DNA from: Candidatus Saccharimonadota bacterium
GTDB taxonomy: Bacteria > Patescibacteriota > Saccharimonadia > Saccharimonadales > JAXHNE01
DNA length: 64,000 bases
Direction of reading: 5' to 3'
Assembly: GCA_034520885.1 (NCBI GenBank)
Contig: JAXHNE010000009.1
Location: 2,431 to 66,430, forward strand
Part shown: positions 25,755-34,842 of the stretch, one piece after another
Numbering within the stretch: position 1 is the stretch's first letter
Layout of the letters: the number at the start of each line of letters is the position of its first letter
The notes under the pieces: generated by a model
The model's database searches: none
Seen by the model: only the letters and a program-made list of their open reading frames with translations
What the model was told of the DNA's origin: nothing
Position numbers and translations under genes: made by a program

Positions 25755-25858
25755 AAAAAAAGTATACCCCGTAGAGATACTATCTTCTATCGGGGTCTCC
25801 CGAGCAGGAGCATTGGTAACGTATCGTCGCCTCCTTGCTCGTAGAGGACGGAGGAAAC

Positions 25859-27022
25859 GTGCGAGCCACACACGAAATACGAACCTACGACCCGGAAAAA
25901 CGGCGCGAAGAAGACTTTGTGACTTTGGCGGCCGAAATGTTGGAAGGCCAGATGCGTACGCCGACGGAGTACGAGTATGATCCCGGGACTGACGAGCTGA
26001 TCGCCGAGGACGGCTCACGGATCGGCAAGATATTCGACGATTCACTGGACGCCGCCAAGGAAATGGTAAGTGATGCGCCACAGCTTTCGTTCGAACTACG
26101 TCGCCGTAAAATTGAACGCGAAGAGTATGACGATATGCTGGCCATGATGCGCGGTGATCTCCCCAACACCATGGTCGTGGTGTCCGATTTTCCGCCGGAG
26201 TTGATGGACTATCCCGAAGACGTCGGTGGCTACAACGTGACACGCAAGCAAACCATGTTGCGGGTGATTACCAAGCAGGACAATAAGCTACACATGTATA
26301 CCCAGTCGTTAGACAGAAGTGATCGCGACGGCCTTGAAAGTATGTATCAGGCCTTGGGATTCGCGCCTGAGGAAGGCGAGTTACTGGGACAAAGAATGCA
26401 TGTCGACCTAGACGCAGAGTTCCAAGAAAAGCTCGTCGATGAGCTAACTAACGCTTATGATGCGACCCTCAGGGATAAACACGGCGGAAATGAATTCAAG
26501 GCCGGCCGGCGAGTCCGCCAGTGGGAAAATATCATAAATACCTATGATTTCGTGCGCGCCCAAACCGATATTCTACACTTTGCAATGCATAACGAAGTTA
26601 CGGCCGACTCGCGCCAGTATTACGACATAGTTGCCACGATTGCGCAGCGCTACGCCCAGGCCAAAGAAGGACCCCACAAGGCACCGCGAAATCTTTCGCT
26701 TACTGATCCGGCAACCCTCGTCGTCCAGTATTCCAGGTTAGAACAAGAGCTTAGCGAATTTGGACAGCAAGCTCGCGCAGAAGGTAAAAGCTTTAGTGCG
26801 TGTGGCGTAACCTTAGAAGTCAACGATTCATTAAGTGGGGAGTCGCAGCTCGATAACAACGGCTACGGCAACAAAACCAGCAAAGAAGAGAAATACAATT
26901 TTGATGCTTACCGGTACTGTGTATCCTGCCAGGCACCGCCGAAAGGTAAAGAAAAGAAGAAGATGTGCGGACCTTGTGGGTTGTGCCGGAGCTGTGATAA
27001 AAAAGCGGGCGGAAAAGGATAG
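25859..27022 (+). CDS. hypothetical acidic protein with C-terminal Cys cluster (CxxC-x12-CxxCxxCxxC)
   Basis: I placed the start at GTG 25859, preceded by GGAGGAAAC; the track ORF starts at 25835. No family recognised. The C-terminus is ..YRYCVSCQAPPKGKEKKKMCGPCGLCRSCDKKAGGKG. Confidence 0.7.
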   Translation: MRATHEIRTYDPEKRREEDFVTLAAEMLEGQMRTPTEYEYDPGTDELIAEDGSRIGKIFDDSLDAAKEMVSDAPQLSFELRRRKIEREEYDDMLAMMRGDLPNTMVVVSDFPPELMDYPEDVGGYNVTRKQTMLRVITKQDNKLHMYTQSLDRSDRDGLESMYQALGFAPEEGELLGQRMHVDLDAEFQEKLVDELTNAYDATLRDKHGGNEFKAGRRVRQWENIINTYDFVRAQTDILHFAMHNEVTADSRQYYDIVATIAQRYAQAKEGPHKAPRNLSLTDPATLVVQYSRLEQELSEFGQQARAEGKSFSACGVTLEVNDSLSGESQLDNNGYGNKTSKEEKYNFDAYRYCVSCQAPPKGKEKKKMCGPCGLCRSCDKKAGGKG

Positions 27023-27031
27023 AATGTACGT

Positions 27032-27661
27032 ATGAGCCGATCGACAAAGCAAAAAATTGGGATTTTCTCGGGGACTTTCGATCCGATTCATGACGGGCAT
27101 ATTCAATTTGCGCTGGATGCCATTGCCGATCAGGGCCTGGACAAAGTCTATTTTATGGTGGAGCGCCGCCCCCGGCGAAAACAAGGAGTCCGCGCCTTCG
27201 AACACCGCCAAACCATGGTACAGCTGGCCATAGAAGACGAACCCAAACTCGGGTCGATCATTACCGATCAACAGCAGTTTACCGCGCACCAAACCCTTCC
27301 CATTTTACGAAAACGTTTCGGCGATAGCGTCCGGCTGGTACTACTGGCCGGCGACGACATGCTGTCGCATATGAACGAGTGGCCGCACGTGAAAGAACTG
27401 ATTCAAAGCGTGGAGTTTATTTTTGGCGTGCGCGGGCAGCGTTCGCTCGCCCGGGAACGCATAGACACCATTCAAAATACGCGCAACATGACGTTTCGAT
27501 ATACGTTACTGAGTAGCGGTTTACACAACGTGAGTTCATCGCGCATTCGCTCGCAGATAAAAAATCATGAAAAACCGTCTTACGTCGATAAAGGCGTGGC
27601 GTCGTATATTCGGGAGCAGGGGCTTTACTCGTCTTCCTCGGCCGATTCGGCAAAAAACTGA
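27032..27661 (+). CDS. nadD: nicotinate-nucleotide adenylyltransferase
   Basis: 209 aa. GIFSGTFDPIHDGHI (HxGH nucleotidyltransferase motif) and ..SSSRIR... Confidence 0.85.
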   Translation: MSRSTKQKIGIFSGTFDPIHDGHIQFALDAIADQGLDKVYFMVERRPRRKQGVRAFEHRQTMVQLAIEDEPKLGSIITDQQQFTAHQTLPILRKRFGDSVRLVLLAGDDMLSHMNEWPHVKELIQSVEFIFGVRGQRSLARERIDTIQNTRNMTFRYTLLSSGLHNVSSSRIRSQIKNHEKPSYVDKGVASYIREQGLYSSSSADSAKN

Positions 27662-29325
27662 GATCGTATGGAAGAAAGGTGGCGCTCGCGGTACTTTTTA
27701 AACTCTGTCTTGTTCACGCCGTTTTTATTCAGGAAGGAGCTAATGCGTTCGCTGCCGATAAAGTGCGGCATCATCACGTAGCTGGCACCTTGTTCGTAGA
27801 GTTTTTCGGCGTCCTCGATATTTTCAGCCCGGCAAATGACCACAGTTTTGGGGCTTAGCTTTTCCAGCAGACTCACCACGAAGGAATTGGTTTCAAAGTC
27901 GCCGATGGTGCTTACCACCAGCTTGGCGTTATCGATTCCGGCCTCCTCCAGTAGCTCAATATCGGTGGTGTCGCCGTACAGATAGTTAATTTTACGTTTT
28001 TCGAGCATGTCGATAACGTCCGGGTCATAATCGATAACCACGAACTTCTTTTTTAATTTTTCGAATACTTTTATGAACTCGTGCCCGCCCTTTTTGTAGC
28101 CCAGCAGGATTAATTCGTAGGTGTTTTTGGATTCCTGATCCATCTTTACTTTGCGTTTTTCGAAAAGGGTCAGATACTTTTCGAAGGTGGCGTATAGGTT
28201 ATCGGAGTAGGTGATCATGTAGGAAGAGACGGCAATGGTAATGATCCCTACAATGGTTACCAAGGAAACTACCATGCCGTCGACCTGGCCGGTACGTTGT
28301 CCGAGCAGAATGAATATCAAAGAAAACTCACTGATTTGCGCCACCGCCAACCCGGCCTTAAAACTGGTCTTTTTGGTGTAGCCCAAAAGTCCCATAATGG
28401 TCATGACGATAATCGGGTTACCGACGAGCACGAAAATGGAAAGCCCGATGGCTTGCCAGGCGATGGCTCCAACATTGCCGATATCCAATCCCGCGCCCAG
28501 CGCAATAAAGAAAATCACGATAAAAAAGTCACGAAGAGGACGTAAGCGCGAACCGACCTCCTGGGCGTAAGTCATGGTAGACAGAGCGACACCGGCAACC
28601 AACGCGCCGATTTCCAGGCTGAACCCGAGCTTGAAAAACAGGGTGGCAATACCGAACCCCCACGCGATAGCGAACAAAAATAGCAATTCTTGCGAACGGG
28701 ACAAAAAGCCGGTAAGTGGCGTTAGCACGTATTTGGACACCAGCATAATGGCGATACCCAAACCGATGCCTTTTAGCGCCAGAGACCCCAAGCTTCCGAT
28801 ATTAAACCCGTCCGTTCCGGTGGCCGATGCGACCACCAAGGCAAAGGTGGCGATAATATCTTGCACCAATAAGAATCCGATGGAGATTTTGCCGTGCAGT
28901 TTGTTTTGTTCTTTTTTATCGCTCAACAGTTTAAGAATAATGATCGTGCTACTGAAGGTTAGCGCCACCGCAATGTAAAACGCGGCCACGTTGCTATATC
29001 CCAGTAACTTGACCAGTCCGAAACCGAACAGAGAGGTGAACAAAACCTGCCCCAGTCCGGTGAGCACAGCAACGCGTCCGACTTCTTTAATGACTCGGGG
29101 GTTTAACCCGAGCCCAACGATAAACAGAAGTAGCGCGATACCAAAACTGCCGAATTCCGTAATAGTTTCCGTGGACGTAATAAACCCGAAAATTGACGGG
29201 CCGAGCAGAATACCGGTCAAAATATGGCCGACAATCAAAGGCTGTTTGAGCGAGCGCATAATGAGCGAAATAGCCACGGCAATGGCCAGGAGTAAACTCA
29301 GTTGGGTAAAGATGTCGGCATGCAT
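27625..29325 (-). CDS. cation:proton antiporter (CPA2/Kef-type) with C-terminal RCK/TrkA-N domain
   Basis: 566 aa. ~12 TM helices, then ..FVVIDYDPDVIDMLEKRKINYLYGDTTDIELLEEAGI.. (Rossmann-like RCK). Confidence 0.85.
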   Translation of the reverse strand: MHADIFTQLSLLLAIAVAISLIMRSLKQPLIVGHILTGILLGPSIFGFITSTETITEFGSFGIALLLFIVGLGLNPRVIKEVGRVAVLTGLGQVLFTSLFGFGLVKLLGYSNVAAFYIAVALTFSSTIIILKLLSDKKEQNKLHGKISIGFLLVQDIIATFALVVASATGTDGFNIGSLGSLALKGIGLGIAIMLVSKYVLTPLTGFLSRSQELLFLFAIAWGFGIATLFFKLGFSLEIGALVAGVALSTMTYAQEVGSRLRPLRDFFIVIFFIALGAGLDIGNVGAIAWQAIGLSIFVLVGNPIIVMTIMGLLGYTKKTSFKAGLAVAQISEFSLIFILLGQRTGQVDGMVVSLVTIVGIITIAVSSYMITYSDNLYATFEKYLTLFEKRKVKMDQESKNTYELILLGYKKGGHEFIKVFEKLKKKFVVIDYDPDVIDMLEKRKINYLYGDTTDIELLEEAGIDNAKLVVSTIGDFETNSFVVSLLEKLSPKTVVICRAENIEDAEKLYEQGASYVMMPHFIGSERISSFLNKNGVNKTEFKKYRERHLSSIRSQFFAESAEEDE

Positions 29326-29395
29326 GTCGTATAAAGGTGTCTGTTTTTATTGTACTTGGATTTATTTTACAATAAGCGTAATCTAAATAAAAATC

Positions 29396-29875
29396 ATGAA
29401 TCATTTTTTTCGAATTGTCGCCAAACGAGTTTCACAAGTCGCCGGAAGCCCCTTCGCGTTCTTGATAGCATTAGTACTGGTCGCTATATGGGCGTTCAGC
29501 GGAACCTATTTTTCTTATTCCGACACCTGGCAACTGGTGATTAATACCGGCACGACCATCGTGACGTTCTTGATGGTGTTTTTGATCCAAAACACGCAAA
29601 ACCGGGACGGTAAAGCCATGCAGCTGAAGTTGGACGAACTCATCCGTGCCAGCAAGGCCCGGGATAGCTTTGTGGACTTGGAAAATTTGACCGACCAAGA
29701 GCTCCTGGAAATAGACGAACAGTTCAAAGAGCTGCATAAAAAACAAAAAACACCGGAAGCGCTACATAAATTACACAGTAAAATCCAGGCCGAACACCAG
29801 CGGCGACATAGTTTGCGTGGCGCGGGAAAGGCACTGCAGTCTTTCCTGCATAAGTCCGATAAAAATAGCAAATAG
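29396..29875 (+). CDS. low-affinity iron permease (Fet4-like) family protein
   Basis: 159 aa. ..SGTYFSYSDTWQLVINTGTTIVTFLMVFLIQNTQNRDGKAMQLKLDELI.. is characteristic of this family. Confidence 0.7.
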   Translation: MNHFFRIVAKRVSQVAGSPFAFLIALVLVAIWAFSGTYFSYSDTWQLVINTGTTIVTFLMVFLIQNTQNRDGKAMQLKLDELIRASKARDSFVDLENLTDQELLEIDEQFKELHKKQKTPEALHKLHSKIQAEHQRRHSLRGAGKALQSFLHKSDKNSK

Positions 29876-30170
29876 GACAAGCCTTATGGGCTTGTCCGTA
29901 CGGGAGCCCCCGAGTCTCCCTATTTGACACGTTAAAACGCTTATGCAACAATGTGGGTACTACGTTTTCGCCGTAAAAAACGGTGTAAGTAGAAACAAAC
30001 AATCAAACAAAAAACGAGACGGGGTGTCTCAAGTGGAGGTAGTAACGGTGATAAGGCCGATCAAAATAAAAACATTTCAAAAAAGGGGGACAAGCGTGGA
30101 AGTGCAAGTCCGACGCCCAAAGTGGCAGCAGTTCATTAATTATTAAACGGTGAACTCGTCACTGCGTAAG

Positions 30171-30200
30171 AATCCCGGGACAGACCCGGGATTTTGCTTT
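30171..30200. terminator. intrinsic terminator hairpin (canonical on + strand; also abuts stop of the minus-strand DsbA-like gene)
   Basis: AATCCCGGG-acaga-CCCGGGATT followed by TTGCTTTTT on the + strand. Confidence 0.65.
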
Positions 30201-30875
30201 TTATCCGGTGGTTTTTTCGGCGATCGCGTCTTCGATAATTCGTTCGAAATCTTCAATGGAGCGGGGGTTTTCAATCAACTGGCCATCAAGCACGAAGCCC
30301 GGCGTGCCCTGGACGTTTAAGTCTTCGCCCTGTTGCATGTCCTCCTGGATGGCGGCATTGACTTCCCGGCTGCTTACATCAGTGTCGTAGCGTTCCATAT
30401 CCAACTCCAGGCTTTCGGCGTAGCTCCGGAACGTTCCGGCCGGATTGCCCGCGTTACTCCAAGACTGCTGTTGCTGGTAAAGCATATCGTGCATTTCCCA
30501 AAATTTTCCCTGCAAGCCGGCGGCCTCGGCGGCCCGGTGGGCGGCCATGGCGTTAGGGTGGTTGGAGACTATGGGGAAGTTTTTAAACTCAAAGGCAATG
30601 TCATTTTTGTATTTTTCGGCGATTTGTTTAACGAGGGGGTAGTAAGACGCGCACGCCGGGCACTGGAAATCGCCGTATTCCGTAAGCGTTACCACGGAAT
30701 CGGGGTCTTCGGCTTCTTCGGGGTTAAGGCCGTAATAGTGGCTGGTGGGTTGCGCGCTGGCGCTGTTCGCGGGTTCGGACTCATCGCTCCTTTGCATAAA
30801 AAGTATTCCGGCGAAAACTGCGAAAAAGACGGCCAAGATAACAATAAACTGCTTGCTCATGTAAAATTCCCTCAA
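30201..30875 (-). CDS. DsbA-family thiol:disulfide oxidoreductase, membrane-anchored
   Basis: 224 aa. N-terminal anchor and CxxC active site (GDFQCPACASY). Alternative start at 30860 (MSKQFIV..). Confidence 0.85.
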   Translation of the reverse strand: MREFYMSKQFIVILAVFFAVFAGILFMQRSDESEPANSASAQPTSHYYGLNPEEAEDPDSVVTLTEYGDFQCPACASYYPLVKQIAEKYKNDIAFEFKNFPIVSNHPNAMAAHRAAEAAGLQGKFWEMHDMLYQQQQSWSNAGNPAGTFRSYAESLELDMERYDTDVSSREVNAAIQEDMQQGEDLNVQGTPGFVLDGQLIENPRSIEDFERIIEDAIAEKTTG

Positions 30876-30985
30876 TTTAGTAGTGATATTGTATCATCCC
30901 ACTTTCCGCCGCCATAGCATGAAACCGGTCGCACTTACCGGCTGCCCATCTGGCTAAAAGACGGGTTTTGTAATACGCTGATTGT

Positions 30986-32011
30986 ATGACACTTTTCATT
31001 GGGATTTTGCTCGGCCTCCTGGCCTTGGCGGCAATCGGATTAAAACGCGCCTATGAAAGTACTTCCGTAAAACAGTTAAAAAAACGGGCTCGCAGCGGTG
31101 ATAAAACCGCTGAGTTACTGCACAGATCCGTGGCTTACGGGCCGAGCCTGCACTTTATTTTATGGAGTTTGGTGTGCGTGACGAGCGCCGGATTTTTCGT
31201 TTTCGTATCGCGTTCTACCGAGGCATGGTTCGCGGCACTATTGTGTATAGCGGTACTGTGGCTTGGTTTTATTTGGTTACCGAAACGGCGGGCCAGCAGT
31301 TTGGGAATTTGGGTCGCGGCCAAACTCTCGCCGCTGATCGCCAAATTGGCCAGTTTTTTACATCCGGTGGTGCGCCGTGTAAGCCACGGAGTGCGCTCCT
31401 TGTTCCCGGTGCATGTGCATAGCGGACTGTACGACGAAGACGATCTAATTGCTCTCCTTGAAAAGCAAAAACAACAGGCCGACAACCAAATTCCCGACAG
31501 CGCCCTGGAAATCGCCGAGCACTCGCTTACGTACGCTTCCGTGGAGATCCGGGACGTACTGATACCGCGCCGCGCGGTAAAAATGGTTAGTGTCGACGAA
31601 ACGACCGGGCCGGTGTTCATGGACGAACTGCACCAAAGCGGCTTTTCGCGTTTTCCGGTACACGGCGAAAAAAAGGACGATATCGTGGGGATTTTGTTTT
31701 TGCGTGATTTGGTGCGTACCCGCCATTCCGGCAAAGTCAAATCCATTATGAGTACCGACGTACTGTACATTCATGAGGAGCAAACGCTGGAAGACGCGCT
31801 GAGCGCGATTTTAAAAACCCACCAACATTTGTTTATCGTGGTGAATAGTTTTGAGGAATATGTCGGGATTTTGACTATCGAGGACGTGTTCGAGCGAATC
31901 CTGGGCAAACAGATCGTCGATGAGTTCGACCAATACGAAAACATGCGCGCCGTGGCCACCCTGGCCGCCAAAAAAAATCACCAAGAAACCCAACACGCCG
32001 TTGACAGGTAA
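30986..32011 (+). CDS. CNNM/DUF21 + CBS-pair membrane protein (hemolysin/CorC-like)
   Basis: 341 aa. 3-4 N-terminal TM helices followed by a tandem CBS region (..VRDVLIPRRAVKMV.. / ..STDVLYIHEEQTLEDAL..). Confidence 0.7.
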   Translation: MTLFIGILLGLLALAAIGLKRAYESTSVKQLKKRARSGDKTAELLHRSVAYGPSLHFILWSLVCVTSAGFFVFVSRSTEAWFAALLCIAVLWLGFIWLPKRRASSLGIWVAAKLSPLIAKLASFLHPVVRRVSHGVRSLFPVHVHSGLYDEDDLIALLEKQKQQADNQIPDSALEIAEHSLTYASVEIRDVLIPRRAVKMVSVDETTGPVFMDELHQSGFSRFPVHGEKKDDIVGILFLRDLVRTRHSGKVKSIMSTDVLYIHEEQTLEDALSAILKTHQHLFIVVNSFEEYVGILTIEDVFERILGKQIVDEFDQYENMRAVATLAAKKNHQETQHAVDR

Positions 32012-32068
32012 CGTAACTGGGGCAGAATAATTGCAATTTAGTATTTCTTATGCTATAGTAGTGTTACA

Positions 32069-32770
32069 ATGCCAAACAATGAAATACAGACAACTCAGAT
32101 AGATAATATTACTGGCCTGCCAACGCGTGAGGCGTTGGACAGAATCTTGCCCGAATGCCTGGAACACAACCCGACAGAGACAGCAATAGTTTTCATGGAC
32201 GCCGATGGCTTGAAGGCGGCGAACGACACCATCGGCTATGAAGCTGGCGACCGGCTTCTAAGCAAGGTTGCCGAAATCGCAAGCGAATCAATTCGTACGC
32301 ACGATAACGATAGAGAGACGGACGTAGTTTTGCGAGGGCGCGACTCACGGCAAGACGGGCAAGAGCCAGGCCGCCCGGAACGCTTGGATGACATGCTCTC
32401 CACGGCAGTAAGATACGGGGGAGACGAGTTCGTGCTGGTACTTTCCGGCGTAAAGTCCGAAGATGCTTTGCATAATGTCATAAAACGTCTTTCGGATAAT
32501 TACGAAGAAGAAGGTATCGGGATGTCCATGGGCGCCGTTATGGGCAAAGAAGATATCGAACCTGAAGAATTGATTCATCTTGCCGACGTGGCCATGAAAG
32601 CGAACAAAGTAAGCCGCAAGCTTGAACTCTATTCAAAAGAGCAATTGGAGGCATTCATTAAAATTGGCGAAATCGCACTGAATAATGGGCTTAATACCAG
32701 AGACTTCGACACCATAAAGTACGGCCTTGCCGCGATTGAAACTTTTTCGCGCGAACAAGAAGAGGTATAA
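32069..32770 (+). CDS. GGDEF-domain protein (diguanylate cyclase-like) with an internal insertion
   Basis: 233 aa. ..ITGLPTREAL..VFMDADGLKAANDTIGYEAGDRLL.. and ..RYGGDEFVLVL... About 25 extra charged residues precede the GGDEF strand. Confidence 0.75.
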   Translation: MPNNEIQTTQIDNITGLPTREALDRILPECLEHNPTETAIVFMDADGLKAANDTIGYEAGDRLLSKVAEIASESIRTHDNDRETDVVLRGRDSRQDGQEPGRPERLDDMLSTAVRYGGDEFVLVLSGVKSEDALHNVIKRLSDNYEEEGIGMSMGAVMGKEDIEPEELIHLADVAMKANKVSRKLELYSKEQLEAFIKIGEIALNNGLNTRDFDTIKYGLAAIETFSREQEEV

Positions 32771-32896
32771 TCACCTCTGATGCGTGATTGGTTAATATCG
32801 AGCGTGAATTTCGGGCCGAGCAGCTACGTCGCGAATGTAGCGTGTAATGACTCCCTCGCGTAGCCACTCACCAACCGTAATAGAGGAACTTAGTAT

Positions 32897-34642
32897 ATGA
32901 AACGAACACTTGCTACGGATGTAACCGGCGCTAAAGATGAACAGGTAAAACTACAGGGATGGGTACACTCCCGCCGTGATCACGGCGGATTGATTTTTAT
33001 TGACCTGCGCGATCACACCGGTCTTACCCAGCTCACCATTCGGCCGGAAGAGGTCGATAAACAAGTCTTTGCGGCCGCCGAATCAATACGGGACGAATTC
33101 GTTATAGAAGCCACCGGCACCGTCCAGGAGCGGGACGAGGAGTTGAAGAATCCGCATATTGCTACCGGTGACGTGGAGGTGGTCGTGCAAAGTTTACGCG
33201 TACTGAACAAAGCCGAAACCCCACCGATCCATATTCACGGCGAGGATCAAAGCAGCGAAGAAAACCGGTTGAAGTATCGTTATCTGGATTTACGTCGCGA
33301 GAAAATGCAACTCATGCTCAAAAAACGCGCCGAAATGTACAAAATCATCCGTGAGTATATGGAAAAGAATGACTTTACTGAGATAGCAACGCCAGTTTTA
33401 GCGAACTCTAGCCCAGAAGGAGCTCGAGATTTTCTCATACCGTCACGACTTCATCAGGGAAAGTTTTACGCGCTTCCGCAGGCACCGCAGCAGTTTAAAC
33501 AACTTTTAATGGTTGGAGGCGTGCACCGCTATTATCAATTTGCGGCCTGTTTTCGTGACGAAGACCCACGAGCAGACCGACTGTACGGTGAATTCTATCA
33601 ATTAGATATGGAAATGTCCTTCGTTGAGGATGGCGAGGAAGTAAGAGAGATAATCGATCCGCTTATTTCCGGGCTTGTGAAGGATTTTGCCGGCAAAACG
33701 CTACAAAATGATAATATCCCCCGGATAACTTATGCCGAAGCTATGGAGAAGTACGGTTCGGACAAACCGGACACACGTTTTGGTATGGAGCTGGTTGATC
33801 TGACCGAAAAGCTAACCGATTGCGGGTTCGGTGTTTTCAAAAAGGCGATTGATGACGGTGGCGCGGTGAAAGCCATCGCGGTACCTAAACAGTTTTCCCG
33901 TTCGGAAATCGACAAACTCACCGATTTGGCCAAACAAGAAGGCGCCGGCGGATTGCCGTATATGATCGTGGAAAACGGAGTAGCGACTTCTTCCATTGCC
34001 AAGTTTTTTAGTGACGATGAGCTCGCGACTATCCTGGAAACGGTCGGCGCGAAAGACGGTGACACTATATTCTTTGGTTCAGACAAACGAGATAAAGTAA
34101 ACAAGGTCTTGGGGGGCATGCGAAGTCACCTTGGCAATGAACTCGGGTTGAAAGATCCTGACGTAGTGGCTGCTTTATGGGTCATTGATTTTCCATTTTA
34201 TGAGTGGGACGAAAAAGCCAACAAGTTGGATTTTGGGCACAACCCGTTTTCCATGCCCAAAGACGGCGTAGAAGCGCTGGAAAAGGAAGATAAATTAAGC
34301 ATTGTCGCCGATCAGTTCGATCTTGTGATGAACGGGTACGAGGCAAGCTCGGGTGCGGTCCGAAACCATAATCCGGAAATTATGTACCGGGCATTCGCGG
34401 CACTGGGGTATGACGCCGAGTACGTGGAGTCCAAGTTCGGCGCCATGCTGAACGCTTTTAAATACGGGGCACCACCGCATGCTGGGTGCGCACCGGGTAT
34501 GGATCGTATTTTCATGGTGTTGATGGGCGAAGACAATATTCGGGAAATCATCGCTTTTCCCAAAAACGGCTCCGGCGTTGACGTAATGATGAACTCGCCA
34601 AGCGAAATTGACCCCGAGCAGCTCAAAGAGCTCGGTTTATAA
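32897..34642 (+). CDS. aspS: aspartate--tRNA ligase
   Basis: 581 aa. OB-fold N-terminus (..LQGWVHSRRDHGGLIFIDLRD..) and class II motifs (..FRDEDPRADR.., ..GAPPHAGCAPGMDR..). Confidence 0.95.
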   Translation: MKRTLATDVTGAKDEQVKLQGWVHSRRDHGGLIFIDLRDHTGLTQLTIRPEEVDKQVFAAAESIRDEFVIEATGTVQERDEELKNPHIATGDVEVVVQSLRVLNKAETPPIHIHGEDQSSEENRLKYRYLDLRREKMQLMLKKRAEMYKIIREYMEKNDFTEIATPVLANSSPEGARDFLIPSRLHQGKFYALPQAPQQFKQLLMVGGVHRYYQFAACFRDEDPRADRLYGEFYQLDMEMSFVEDGEEVREIIDPLISGLVKDFAGKTLQNDNIPRITYAEAMEKYGSDKPDTRFGMELVDLTEKLTDCGFGVFKKAIDDGGAVKAIAVPKQFSRSEIDKLTDLAKQEGAGGLPYMIVENGVATSSIAKFFSDDELATILETVGAKDGDTIFFGSDKRDKVNKVLGGMRSHLGNELGLKDPDVVAALWVIDFPFYEWDEKANKLDFGHNPFSMPKDGVEALEKEDKLSIVADQFDLVMNGYEASSGAVRNHNPEIMYRAFAALGYDAEYVESKFGAMLNAFKYGAPPHAGCAPGMDRIFMVLMGEDNIREIIAFPKNGSGVDVMMNSPSEIDPEQLKELGL

Positions 34643-34842
34643 ATCACTAAAAATAAAGAAAAGAGCCCCCAAACCGGAGCCCTTCTCTTTTGATTTTTTG
34701 GTTTGCTGGTCACTTAGCAGCAAAGCAATAATGCTTAACCCTCCGAGACCATATCACCAGGCTACGCCTTTGTATATAATGCGTCAAGTTTCGTTCGGCA
34801 AGGCTTACCTAGCGGCTTAAGCGACGCAAAAATGTACGTGGT

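Noticed and set aside
25720-25800. RNase P RNA, because of GGTGAAAGTCCG (similar to the conserved GAGGAAAGUCCGGGC)
   Set aside because: The other universally conserved RNase P blocks (e.g. ACAGAA..GGCUUA, AGGGUGAAA..GGUAAGAGC) are absent, and the available non-coding space is too short. The motif fits a B12-box context better.
25593-26243. 216-aa Arg/Pro-rich ORF on the minus strand
   Set aside because: It runs antisense through the riboswitch-like leader and the 5' part of the 25859-27022 gene. Its biased composition is typical of a shadow frame.
32771-32896. T-box leader upstream of aspS
   Set aside because: There are only ~126 nt of spacer, no T-box consensus (..GGGTGGTACCGCG..), and no specifier/terminator-antiterminator architecture.
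34655-34700. Intrinsic terminator after aspS (AAAAGAG-N19-CTCTTTT + T-tract)
   Set aside because: The stem is short, AT-rich and has a 19-nt loop. It is too weak to call with confidence, although a T-tract is present.
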